A stretch of 64,000 bases of DNA from Candidatus Poribacteria bacterium (GTDB lineage: Bacteria > Poribacteria > WGA-4E > PCPOR2b): NCBI GenBank assembly GCA_965215015.1, contig OZ244042.1:3264001-3328000 (forward strand), given 5' to 3'. Within the stretch, counting starts at the first letter, position 1; each line of letters begins with the position of its first letter. The notes below the pieces were generated by a model. It saw nothing but the letters and a program-made list of their open reading frames with translations. It was not told where the DNA came from and made no database searches. A program made the position numbers and the translations under genes. Positions 19,142-27,871 of this stretch are shown piece by piece.

Positions 19142-19406
19142 TTTTCTTTCTCCTTGTGTGATTTTACAAAAAGGTTTATAATACGTTGAAATCATCACGA
19201 TTATACAAGAATTTACACAAGAGAGCAACGGAAAAACCACTCAAAATAAAACGCAATATTACCTAAGTTGCTACCTGTCGTCCCATTGGTGCTATGTGAA
19301 AAATAATCAACTCTTGAACTAATGAACAAATCGTTTCCACGTTTTCATTTTCTACCCCATCGGAGTGATAAGTGATAACCTGTGTTACCGAGGAGAGCTT
19401 AACATA

Positions 19407-20348
19407 ATGTATAGTGCTGCAAAAATCTTTGAACAGAACCCGAACTTTCCATCCTGTCACGCTTCAACAATCACCGAACTTCCCAACGGCGATCTGCTTG
19501 CTGCATGGTATGCCGGATCACGAGAGGGGGAGAAAGATGTCGCAATATTCAATTCGCGCCGCTTTTACGGCAGTGAGGGTTGGATCGAACCGGAAATGGT
19601 TGTGAACACTCCAGATTGCTCCGAAGGTAACCCTGTCCTGTTTGCCGATGCGAATAATCAGATCTGGCTGTTCTACGTTACGATGTATGGTAGCCGTTGG
19701 ACACAGTGCAAGATGTATTATCAGAAGTCGAGTACGATGGGATATAGCTGGGAGGAAAGTGTCGTTCTCCGTGAGGAGTTGGGATGGATGACGCGCAACA
19801 AACCGCTCCATCTCTCCAACGGTGAAATTTTGCTGCCTGTCTATGATGAACGCAATTGGCATTCAATGGTGATGATCTCCGGCAATGGCGGCGAGACGTG
19901 GGACACGTATGGGGATGTGTCTAGTCCGAAGGGAATTATCCAGCCAACGGTTGTGCAGCGAACCGATGGCAGCCTGCTGATGCTGATGCGCAGCCGGGAT
20001 GGAGAAATCTGGCGTTCAATCTCCGCAGATTTGGGAAGGACCTGGGAGGCGGCGCAGCCGATAAATCTGCCGAACCCGAACAGTGGAATTGATATGGCCC
20101 GCTTGCACAACGGAAATATCGCGCTCGTTTACAATGATACACAGCGTGGACGGACTCCCCTGACGGTCGCGTTATCAACAGACGAAGGGGAGACATGGGA
20201 ATACAAACAGCATCTCGAAACCGAGGCTGGAGAATACTCGTATCCTGCTATTATCCAAGCCCATGATGGCGGTATCCATATCACCTACACCTACCGACGC
20301 ACTAGCATTATGCACGTTGAAGTCGATGAAGAGTGGATTCAAGAATAG
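19407..20348 (+). CDS. BNR/Asp-box sialidase-fold protein
   Basis: CHASTI, NPVL, repeated SxDxGxTW Asp boxes, RTPL, EYSYP; AGGAG SD. Confidence 0.88.
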   Translation: MYSAAKIFEQNPNFPSCHASTITELPNGDLLAAWYAGSREGEKDVAIFNSRRFYGSEGWIEPEMVVNTPDCSEGNPVLFADANNQIWLFYVTMYGSRWTQCKMYYQKSSTMGYSWEESVVLREELGWMTRNKPLHLSNGEILLPVYDERNWHSMVMISGNGGETWDTYGDVSSPKGIIQPTVVQRTDGSLLMLMRSRDGEIWRSISADLGRTWEAAQPINLPNPNSGIDMARLHNGNIALVYNDTQRGRTPLTVALSTDEGETWEYKQHLETEAGEYSYPAIIQAHDGGIHITYTYRRTSIMHVEVDEEWIQE

Positions 20349-20398
20349 TGTAAGTTGTTGATTGTCTATTTAGAAAATCGATCTATCGTTTTTTCTTG

Positions 20399-20427
20399 TT
20401 GCCTTAAATGTTAAATTGTGATAGAAT
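20399..20427 (+). promoter_or_regulatory. Putative sigma70 promoter for the radical SAM operon
   Basis: TTGCCT-17 bp-TAGAAT with an extended -10 TG. Confidence 0.55.
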
Positions 20428-20550
20428 TATCTATTTGAATCAGGGGTTTCTTAGTCAACAAGTTGACACCCGTCAATCTCACGCCGGGTGCAATCTAAAG
20501 GACGTAAGCCCTGAGTTTCTTAAATTACACACAATTGGAGATTAACCTAT

Positions 20551-22560
20551 ATGCCAAATGCCCTTTTTGTTTACCCTGAGTTCCCGCCATCGTATTGGGG
20601 CTATAAATACGCCTTGGACTTTGCGGGCAAAAAATCAGCCATGCCGCCGCTTGGGCTGCTGACCGTTGCCGGAATGTTCCCGAAAGATTATCAACTCAAA
20701 GTCGTCGATATGAATGTCACCCCGTTGACGGATGCAGACCTCAATTGGGCGGATGTCGTCTTAACCTCCACGATGATTGTCCAAAAAGAATCGTTGTATC
20801 AGGTCGTTCAGCGATGTAACCGGGCCGGGGTGCCGATTGTCGCTGGTGGACCGCATCCAACTTCCTATCATGACAGTATAAGAGAGGAAGCGGGTGGCAA
20901 GGTCGATCACTTTCTCTTTGGTGAAGTGGAGGAAATATTTGATGATTTTCTCACAGATCTGAGAGCAGGAGTCGCCAAAGACGTATACAAGGAAAAAAGA
21001 AAACCGGATATAACAAAAGCACCGTTGCCCCGTTATGACCTCATTAATTTGGACGCTTACGGTTCAATGGCACTCCAATTTTCTCGTGGGTGTCCATTTG
21101 ACTGTGAGTTTTGCGACATCACCAAACTATTTGGTCGTGTGCCGCGCACCAAGAGCAATGAACAGATGATGGCAGAGTTCGATCTGCTTCACCGGCTCGG
21201 TTGGGAGGGCTCGCTTTTTGTCGTTGATGACAATTTCATTGGGAATAAGCGGGATGCGATGCGTTTGCTTCCTGAAGTGATCTCGTACCAAAAGGAAAAA
21301 AATTATCCGTTCAAGCTATTCACCGAAGCTAGCGTGAACCTCGTCGAAATTCCAGAGATGTTGGATGCGATGAGCGATGCTGGCTTTGACATGGTATTTT
21401 TGGGAATCGAAAGCCCGAATGAAGACGCGCTATTGATGACCAAAAAGAAACAGAATACCAACAAACAGGAAGATGCAAGCAGCTATCTGCTCCGTGCCAT
21501 TCGGACGATACAGAACAGCGGCATGGAAGTGACCGGTGGGTTCATTATTGGAATGGATGGTGACAAAGAATTTGATTCGCATATTCGGTTCATTCAAGAG
21601 GCTGGGGTTCCGATGGCGATGGCAGGCTTGTTGACTGCTTTGAAAGAGACCAATCTTTATCATCGTCTCCAACGTGAAGGGCGTCTGCTCGACGAATCTA
21701 CGGGAAACAACACTGATATCACGTTAAATTTTGTACCCGAACTCCCACGCGAACACCTGATAGCCGAATATAGACGGGTCGTCTCCACGCTGTACGACCC
21801 GACTTTGAAGAACTATTTTGAACGCTGCCTCACGTTGATTAAGCATCTCAAGCCTGTCAGCCATCGGAAGGCAACGGTCGGCAAGATGGAGCTAATGGCC
21901 GTCGCTAAATCAATTAAGCGACAGCTTTTCTCCAAACAGGGGCCTGCGTACCTACGGTTTTTGATCAAAGTACTCAAAGATTACCCAAGTATGATTGATA
22001 AGGCGATACGTCTCGCCATTCATGGGTATCATTTTGAGAAAATGACCAGCCAGACAGTTGCTGTTGACAATTTCAAACAGTATCTGACAACAGAGTTTAA
22101 CGCCTTTGAGGAAATTGTATCTGACTCCCATTCGCATCAGGGTTCCGAGCAGCTTATTAAAGTAGGGGTGAGTCGCATTGGAGAAATTCGAGCGCATGCA
22201 CAAGAGCTCTTAGCGCGTGTTTATGCACAATATGAAGACCTCCATGAGGACTTTAGATATAATGCGCGTGACGCGCTTGATGCCTTCCAGAAATCTGTGT
22301 TCAGACACTATTTGGAGGCTGAATTCGGTGCATTTAAGGAAACTGTTTCCCGGTTTGCCAGAGTGGGGGGCGATCGAATCAGTGAAGTTGGTGAGCACGC
22401 GGGTGAACTCCTAGCCCGTGTTCATGCACAATACGAACGGATTCATAAAGATTTTAGATATGGTATCCGCGATTCGCTTATCTCTTTTCAGGAATCTGTG
22501 AAATCTCACCTGGATCAGCTTGTGGGTCCAGTTCCAATCGAAATCAAGAGTTTCGACTAG
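20551..22560 (+). CDS. B12-binding radical SAM protein (DUF4070/HpnP-like) with duplicated C-terminal helical extension
   Basis: PPLGLLTVA, GGPHPT, SRGCPFDCEFC, VDDNFIGN, GIES. Confidence 0.9.
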   Translation: MPNALFVYPEFPPSYWGYKYALDFAGKKSAMPPLGLLTVAGMFPKDYQLKVVDMNVTPLTDADLNWADVVLTSTMIVQKESLYQVVQRCNRAGVPIVAGGPHPTSYHDSIREEAGGKVDHFLFGEVEEIFDDFLTDLRAGVAKDVYKEKRKPDITKAPLPRYDLINLDAYGSMALQFSRGCPFDCEFCDITKLFGRVPRTKSNEQMMAEFDLLHRLGWEGSLFVVDDNFIGNKRDAMRLLPEVISYQKEKNYPFKLFTEASVNLVEIPEMLDAMSDAGFDMVFLGIESPNEDALLMTKKKQNTNKQEDASSYLLRAIRTIQNSGMEVTGGFIIGMDGDKEFDSHIRFIQEAGVPMAMAGLLTALKETNLYHRLQREGRLLDESTGNNTDITLNFVPELPREHLIAEYRRVVSTLYDPTLKNYFERCLTLIKHLKPVSHRKATVGKMELMAVAKSIKRQLFSKQGPAYLRFLIKVLKDYPSMIDKAIRLAIHGYHFEKMTSQTVAVDNFKQYLTTEFNAFEEIVSDSHSHQGSEQLIKVGVSRIGEIRAHAQELLARVYAQYEDLHEDFRYNARDALDAFQKSVFRHYLEAEFGAFKETVSRFARVGGDRISEVGEHAGELLARVHAQYERIHKDFRYGIRDSLISFQESVKSHLDQLVGPVPIEIKSFD

Positions 22561-22587
22561 CCTGTCTGAGTTGTACCTCTCGAAACC

Positions 22588-24348
22588 ATGGGCAGCATCG
22601 AAATTGACGATCTCCACTTCACCTACCCCAGTCGCAATGCGCCAACGTTATGCGGGATAGATGCACAGGTCGATCCCGCAGCGTTCATTTTGCTTACAGG
22701 TCCCACGGGCTGCGGTAAATCAACATTGCTACGGACGTTGAACGGATTAATTTCTCACGCTTCAGGAGGGAAGCTATCTGGCAGCGTCCGTGTCAACGGC
22801 GCAAACGTTACCGAACAACCGATCGCTGTGACGTGCCAACAGGTTGGACTGCTATTCCAGAATCCTGAAGAGCAACTCTTTTGCATTATTGTGGAAGATG
22901 AGATTGCATTTGGATTAGAGAACCTCGGCCTTCCCTCCTACGAAATTGATCGCCGGATCGACGCTGCATTGACGCAGGTCGGGCTCGCCGGATTTAGGAA
23001 TCATCAAATCACTTCACTTTCAAGCGGCCAGAAACAACGGGTTGCCCTCGCGTGTGTATGCGCCATGCAACCACAGATTCTGTTGCTTGATGAACCGACG
23101 AGTTATCTCGATCCGCAAGCCACTCATGACATCCTTGAGATTATCCGTGATTTGAATAGACAGCTTGGGATCACGGTTATTGTTGCGGGCCATCAGGTCA
23201 ATGAGATTGCACCATTGTGCGGGCGCGTGTGGCTCATGAATGACGGCCGATTGGTCTCTGACCTACCGATAGATCAAGCATTTACCGATCTCAAACAGTA
23301 TTCCCAGCTAGGTGTCCAAGTCCCAGAACTGGCGCAAATTGCGGAACAACTCGGTTATTCTGAACGCCCCTTGACCCTTGATCACGCCGTGCGGCTTTTT
23401 GAAAACCCGCCTCAGGATTCAAAGCGACCCCAATTGTATCGGGATAAACTATCTGAGAGGCTTATCGATTCTGAGGCTACATCAAGGGAAAACGAATTAG
23501 CGGATCTAACGCCTCCCCCAACTCAAACCAATCCCGTACATCCTGATAATATTTTGGTAGAGGTTCAAAACCTCTCTTTTCGCTACCCACAAACCTCTGT
23601 TGATGTACTGAAAGGCCTCTCTTTTCAGATTAAGCACAGTGAGGTGGTCGCAATTATGGGGGCAAATGGATCGGGGAAGACGACGCTGCTCTTACATCTG
23701 ATTGCGCTCCTCCGCCCGTCAGTGGGACAAACCTTCATCAAAGGACAGGATACCCAGCGTTGTAAGCCTCGCCATCTCGCAGGTCAAGTGGGGATTGTCT
23801 TTCAGAATCCGGATCTGCTGTTGCAAGCAGCAACGGTCTCCGAGGAGGTGGCTTTCGGTCCGAAAAATTTCAGGCTGTCCCGTCAGGAAGTAGAGGAACG
23901 GCTCGAAGAGATCTTGCCAATGTTTGACTTGGGAGCCCTCAAGACGGATGCTCCCTACGCACTTTCACGAGGACAGCGACAGCGTACCGCAGTCGCTGCC
24001 AGCTTTTCCCTCTACCCCGATCTCCTTCTCCTCGATGAACCGACAACGGGCCAAGATTACTACCACTTACGCCAGCTCATGCGGATACTTCACGAAACCA
24101 TTAGAGCCCAAAACAAAACGGTGATATTCTGTACCCACGATGTCCACCTTACGCTGGAATACGCAAGTCGGGTGTTGCTGCTTCATCGTGGAGAACTCAT
24201 CTTTGATGGGACACCTAACGCTGCTTTTGCGAACCCTGAACGCATAAAGCAGGCGTCGCTTGTCCCACCGCTGACGATGCAACTACAAAGGCTCCAAAAT
24301 GACAGAACTCCATCCTCACACGAAAATCGTTCTCCTCATAATCGTTAG
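22588..24348 (+). CDS. ECF transporter fused double ATPase (EcfA-A')
   Basis: Two Walker A motifs (GPTGCGKS, GANGSGKT), two FQNP Q-loops, two LLDEPT motifs. Confidence 0.92.
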   Translation: MGSIEIDDLHFTYPSRNAPTLCGIDAQVDPAAFILLTGPTGCGKSTLLRTLNGLISHASGGKLSGSVRVNGANVTEQPIAVTCQQVGLLFQNPEEQLFCIIVEDEIAFGLENLGLPSYEIDRRIDAALTQVGLAGFRNHQITSLSSGQKQRVALACVCAMQPQILLLDEPTSYLDPQATHDILEIIRDLNRQLGITVIVAGHQVNEIAPLCGRVWLMNDGRLVSDLPIDQAFTDLKQYSQLGVQVPELAQIAEQLGYSERPLTLDHAVRLFENPPQDSKRPQLYRDKLSERLIDSEATSRENELADLTPPPTQTNPVHPDNILVEVQNLSFRYPQTSVDVLKGLSFQIKHSEVVAIMGANGSGKTTLLLHLIALLRPSVGQTFIKGQDTQRCKPRHLAGQVGIVFQNPDLLLQAATVSEEVAFGPKNFRLSRQEVEERLEEILPMFDLGALKTDAPYALSRGQRQRTAVAASFSLYPDLLLLDEPTTGQDYYHLRQLMRILHETIRAQNKTVIFCTHDVHLTLEYASRVLLLHRGELIFDGTPNAAFANPERIKQASLVPPLTMQLQRLQNDRTPSSHENRSPHNR

Positions 24349-25147
24349 CTGTCTAGTCATTTTACTCGATAGTCCAATTGCCCTGTGTGCGTGTTTTCTA
24401 GTAAGCCTCTGTTTCCAAGCATCAATCCGGCCGTCATGGCGTCGGATTCGCCTCCTCCTCCTCTTCATTGGATTAGGGACGTGGGGGCTGATTTACAGCC
24501 AAGCCATTTTCTATAATGAGTTCCCTCGAACCGTTATTTTTACGCTTATTCATAAAGACACACCCATAATTGGGGGGGGGACGGGTGGGATTCATCTCTA
24601 TCGCGAGGGTTTGTTTCACGGTGCTGTTCAATCCCTGCGGTTTAACACAACGTTGACAATCAGCTGTTTTATCATTTGGACGACCCAAGCCCGCGACCTC
24701 TTGCTCGCCCTTGTGAAGCTGCGGGTGCCATACAGTCTCGCATTTATGGTGACGACAGGGTTGCGCTACATTCCGCTCATCGGTTCAGATGTGAAAACTG
24801 TAATTCGCTCACAGCACCTACGCGGTTTTCGTTATTTGCAGCTCAATTTTTTTCATGCGATTAGCGGCATCTTAAACAGTGTGCGCCCTATTTTGACTAA
24901 TAACATCCGGCGGGCAACACATCTCGGTGAAGCCGTTGAGAGTCGCGCCTTTTCTCCGGATGCTTCTCATCGTACTTCCCTGCGTGAGTTGCAAACGCGA
25001 GGGCAGGATGTTATCCTAATTGCCGTCTTACTGGTCTGTTTGTTGAGCGTTATCGGTTTGAAGAGTATCTACTTTCTCTATGCTAACGGCCTCTATTATG
25101 CCTCTTGGTTGAGAGGCGCGTACACCTTCGCGCGTGAAGTGTTATAG
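24299..25147 (+). CDS. ECF transporter transmembrane T component
   Basis: LHPHTK, TM helices, LRYIP, and coupling motifs LRG and ESRAF. Confidence 0.88.
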   Translation: MTELHPHTKIVLLIIVSCLVILLDSPIALCACFLVSLCFQASIRPSWRRIRLLLLFIGLGTWGLIYSQAIFYNEFPRTVIFTLIHKDTPIIGGGTGGIHLYREGLFHGAVQSLRFNTTLTISCFIIWTTQARDLLLALVKLRVPYSLAFMVTTGLRYIPLIGSDVKTVIRSQHLRGFRYLQLNFFHAISGILNSVRPILTNNIRRATHLGEAVESRAFSPDASHRTSLRELQTRGQDVILIAVLLVCLLSVIGLKSIYFLYANGLYYASWLRGAYTFAREVL

Positions 25148-25178
25148 TCGAGATAAAACTGTACAGGAGACGTGGAAA

Positions 25179-26561
25179 ATGGCAGAACGTATCTTAGTTG
25201 TTGATGATCAAACGGCAATGCAAGATTTATTAACAGACCTGCTCGAACAGCGTGGCGCAGAGCCGGTGGCTGTTGGTCGTGTCGAGGAAGGGTTGGAGAT
25301 GGTTGCTAAAAGCCCCGATGCCTTTGATCTCGTTATCCTAGACCTCGATTTTGGTGAAGGACAGACAAGCGGGCTCGCAGGTTTAGAAGAAATCAAGAAA
25401 ATCAACCCCGCTCTACCGGTCATTATCTTAACAGGCAAAGGCACTATCTCGACCGCTGTCGAAGCAATTAAACTAGGAGCTCAAGAATATGTCGAAAAGG
25501 ATTTCTACATTGAAGAAAATATGGAACTCGCCCTTACACGGCTCAACCACCTGATCCGCGCCACAATCGATAACAAGCGGCTGCGTCGAGAGCGCGAGTT
25601 TTATCGTGAGGAATTGAAGGGACAATACAATATCGTCGGCAAAAGCCGAGCGATTCAACAGGTGCACCAACAAATTGCGGAAGTGGCTTCTATTCCAAGG
25701 CCCGTTCTAATTCGCGGTGAACGTGGAACCGGCAAGGAACTGGTCGCTGCTGCAATCCATAATAACAGCAATCGCCAGAAACGTGCCTTTATCACCATTA
25801 ATTGTGCGGCGCTGGCAGAGGGGCTTCTGGAATGTGAACTCTTTGGGCAGGAAGATAACGCTTTCACAAATTCATCGTTCCGAGAGGGGCGCTTTGTGTT
25901 GGCAGATAGAGGCACGCTCTTTCTCGATGAGATTGGCAATATGTCGGTTGAATTTCAACAGAAGATCCTTCGCGTGCTGGAATATCAGCAGTTTGAGCGG
26001 GTCGGCGGTACAAAGACGATAAAGGTTGATGTGCGGGTTATCGCTGCAACCAATAGCGATATAGAAGCGGATATAGAGGCTGGCAAGTTTCGGGCAGATC
26101 TATATGACCGGCTTGCATTTGAAACGATTTGGCTGCCGCCGTTGCGTGAGCGGAAAGAGGATATTGAACTGTTAGGCTACCATTTCATGGAACGTCTCGC
26201 AGGGGAAGTAGCTGACATCAAACCCAAAAAATTGGCACCGGAGACTTTGGAGTGCTTGAACGCATACGATTGGCCCGGCAACGTCCGCGAACTCAAGTAT
26301 GTTATCGAGCGTATCACATATAAAGTTGAGGGAGATACCATTTCTCCGTATCACCTCCCTCAAGAGATTCTTACCGCCTATTCACGCTCTGATGATGGAG
26401 AGCCCCTCTCGAATCGGTTGGCTCAAGTTGAAAAACAGATTCTCATTGATGTGTACGGGCAGTGTCAGGGGGAGTTGGCAGACATTGCTCACCAACTGAG
26501 CATCCCGCTTGAGTCGCTGAAACAATTGATGCAGAAGCATCGGATTGACGATGTACAGTAG
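25179..26561 (+). CDS. NtrC-type response regulator (REC-AAA+-HTH) with non-canonical GAFTGA loop
   Basis: ILVVDD..LD, GERGTGKE, TLFLDEI, WPGNVREL; the loop reads NAFTNS. Confidence 0.9.
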   Translation: MAERILVVDDQTAMQDLLTDLLEQRGAEPVAVGRVEEGLEMVAKSPDAFDLVILDLDFGEGQTSGLAGLEEIKKINPALPVIILTGKGTISTAVEAIKLGAQEYVEKDFYIEENMELALTRLNHLIRATIDNKRLRREREFYREELKGQYNIVGKSRAIQQVHQQIAEVASIPRPVLIRGERGTGKELVAAAIHNNSNRQKRAFITINCAALAEGLLECELFGQEDNAFTNSSFREGRFVLADRGTLFLDEIGNMSVEFQQKILRVLEYQQFERVGGTKTIKVDVRVIAATNSDIEADIEAGKFRADLYDRLAFETIWLPPLRERKEDIELLGYHFMERLAGEVADIKPKKLAPETLECLNAYDWPGNVRELKYVIERITYKVEGDTISPYHLPQEILTAYSRSDDGEPLSNRLAQVEKQILIDVYGQCQGELADIAHQLSIPLESLKQLMQKHRIDDVQ

Positions 26562-26608
26562 GACCCGCACAGAATTGAGCCGGAAATAAGATTGGAGGGA
26601 ATCTTATC

Positions 26609-27388
26609 ATGACTACTGAAACAGCAGCAAAAGAGAAAGGTCAAGTTGAACATAACGAAAGCCCCAATTTGAGATCGGCGGAGGCCTGTGCCCAACAACC
26701 TCCACATGTTATAGAAAAGAAAAAAAAACCGCTACCACCGCTGAAGCATGGGGAGAAATTGACACGGGACGAATTTGAGCGGCGTTACGCGGCAATGCCG
26801 CGCCTGAAGAAGGCAGAATTAATTGAAGGATTTGTCTACATGCCCTCACCTGTAAGGACCGATATTCATAGCGACCCCCATGCCCGGATTATAACGTGGC
26901 TTGGCGTCTATTGGACAGCAACACCAGAGGTTCAGTGTGCTGATAATGCAACGGTTCATCTCGATCCTGACAACGAGGTGCAGCCCGATGGGTTGCTCCG
27001 GATTGACAAAGGGGGCACCTCCCTCCTCAGTGATACAGGCTACATCGAAGGGGCACCGGAATTGATTGTCGAAATTGCTGGGACTAGCGCGGACTACGAT
27101 TTGCACGAGAAATTAGACGCCTATCTGCGTAACGGGGTGGCGGAGTACATCGTGTGGCAGACGCAGGAAAAACGACTCGATTGGTTCCACCTTGTCAATG
27201 AGGAATACGTGCCGCTGTTGCCCGATGCGGACGGACTGATAGAAAGCCAAGCATTTCCCGGCTTGCGCCTAGCGGTGAACTCACTAATCGGGGGCAATCT
27301 GGCAACAGTTTTATCCGAATTACAAAAGGGATTGGAAACCGCCGAACATGCCGCATTCGTCAGAAGGTTGCTAGAAAAAAGGAATTAA
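26609..27388 (+). CDS. Uma2 (DUF820) family endonuclease
   Basis: AELIEGFVYMPSP, QPD, GAPELIVEI, GVAEY, FPGL. Confidence 0.92.
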   Translation: MTTETAAKEKGQVEHNESPNLRSAEACAQQPPHVIEKKKKPLPPLKHGEKLTRDEFERRYAAMPRLKKAELIEGFVYMPSPVRTDIHSDPHARIITWLGVYWTATPEVQCADNATVHLDPDNEVQPDGLLRIDKGGTSLLSDTGYIEGAPELIVEIAGTSADYDLHEKLDAYLRNGVAEYIVWQTQEKRLDWFHLVNEEYVPLLPDADGLIESQAFPGLRLAVNSLIGGNLATVLSELQKGLETAEHAAFVRRLLEKRN

Positions 27389-27414
27389 ATTTCCAGCCTC
27401 ACATTAAAAGAAAG

Positions 27415-27853
27415 TAGGAGTTGTGCACTCGGGTTTGTAGTCAGGCAATTCAACCCGCAGTAGGTATACGGCGTATGCCGTAACCGTTGTGCCTCAAAAC
27501 GACACCCCGCTTGCGTGGGAAAGGGGGTAAGAACCCCCACCCTCCGCAAGCGAGGGGGAAATAGGTTCAATGAACCTAGAATTGACGGGGTATTTGACGG
27601 GGGCTCTACATTGAGTTGATTGTTGTAGGGGCAATCCTCGTGGTTGCCCTGTTGTGGGTCAATTTTCCAAAATCGAAAATGCCCGGACTTTCACGCGAGA
27701 GTCTGGGGGAATTGAGCCAAGATTGTAGAGAGCAGTATTCTGTCGAGATATGAATATAGACCGCCGAGTTCTGTTGACGTCGGCTTGCCCGATGGTAACA
27801 GCTTGCCGAATTGGTGCTAGCGAAATATCAATACGCCCTAGCAACTTGCGTTA
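27415..27853. mobile_element. Mosaic of MITE/REP-like modules (family 1 left end, GTAG hairpins, family 3 plus family 2 right end)
   Basis: Start TAGGAGTTGTGCACT resembles 57117; end AAATATCAATACGCCCTAGCAACTTGCGTTA resembles 47677-47707. Confidence 0.55.
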
Positions 27854-27871
27854 TACTATGGGGACAAATAG

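Noticed and set aside
24572-24580. G9 run in ecfT as a frameshift site
   Set aside because: The run is in frame (Gly codons) and the gene is intact.
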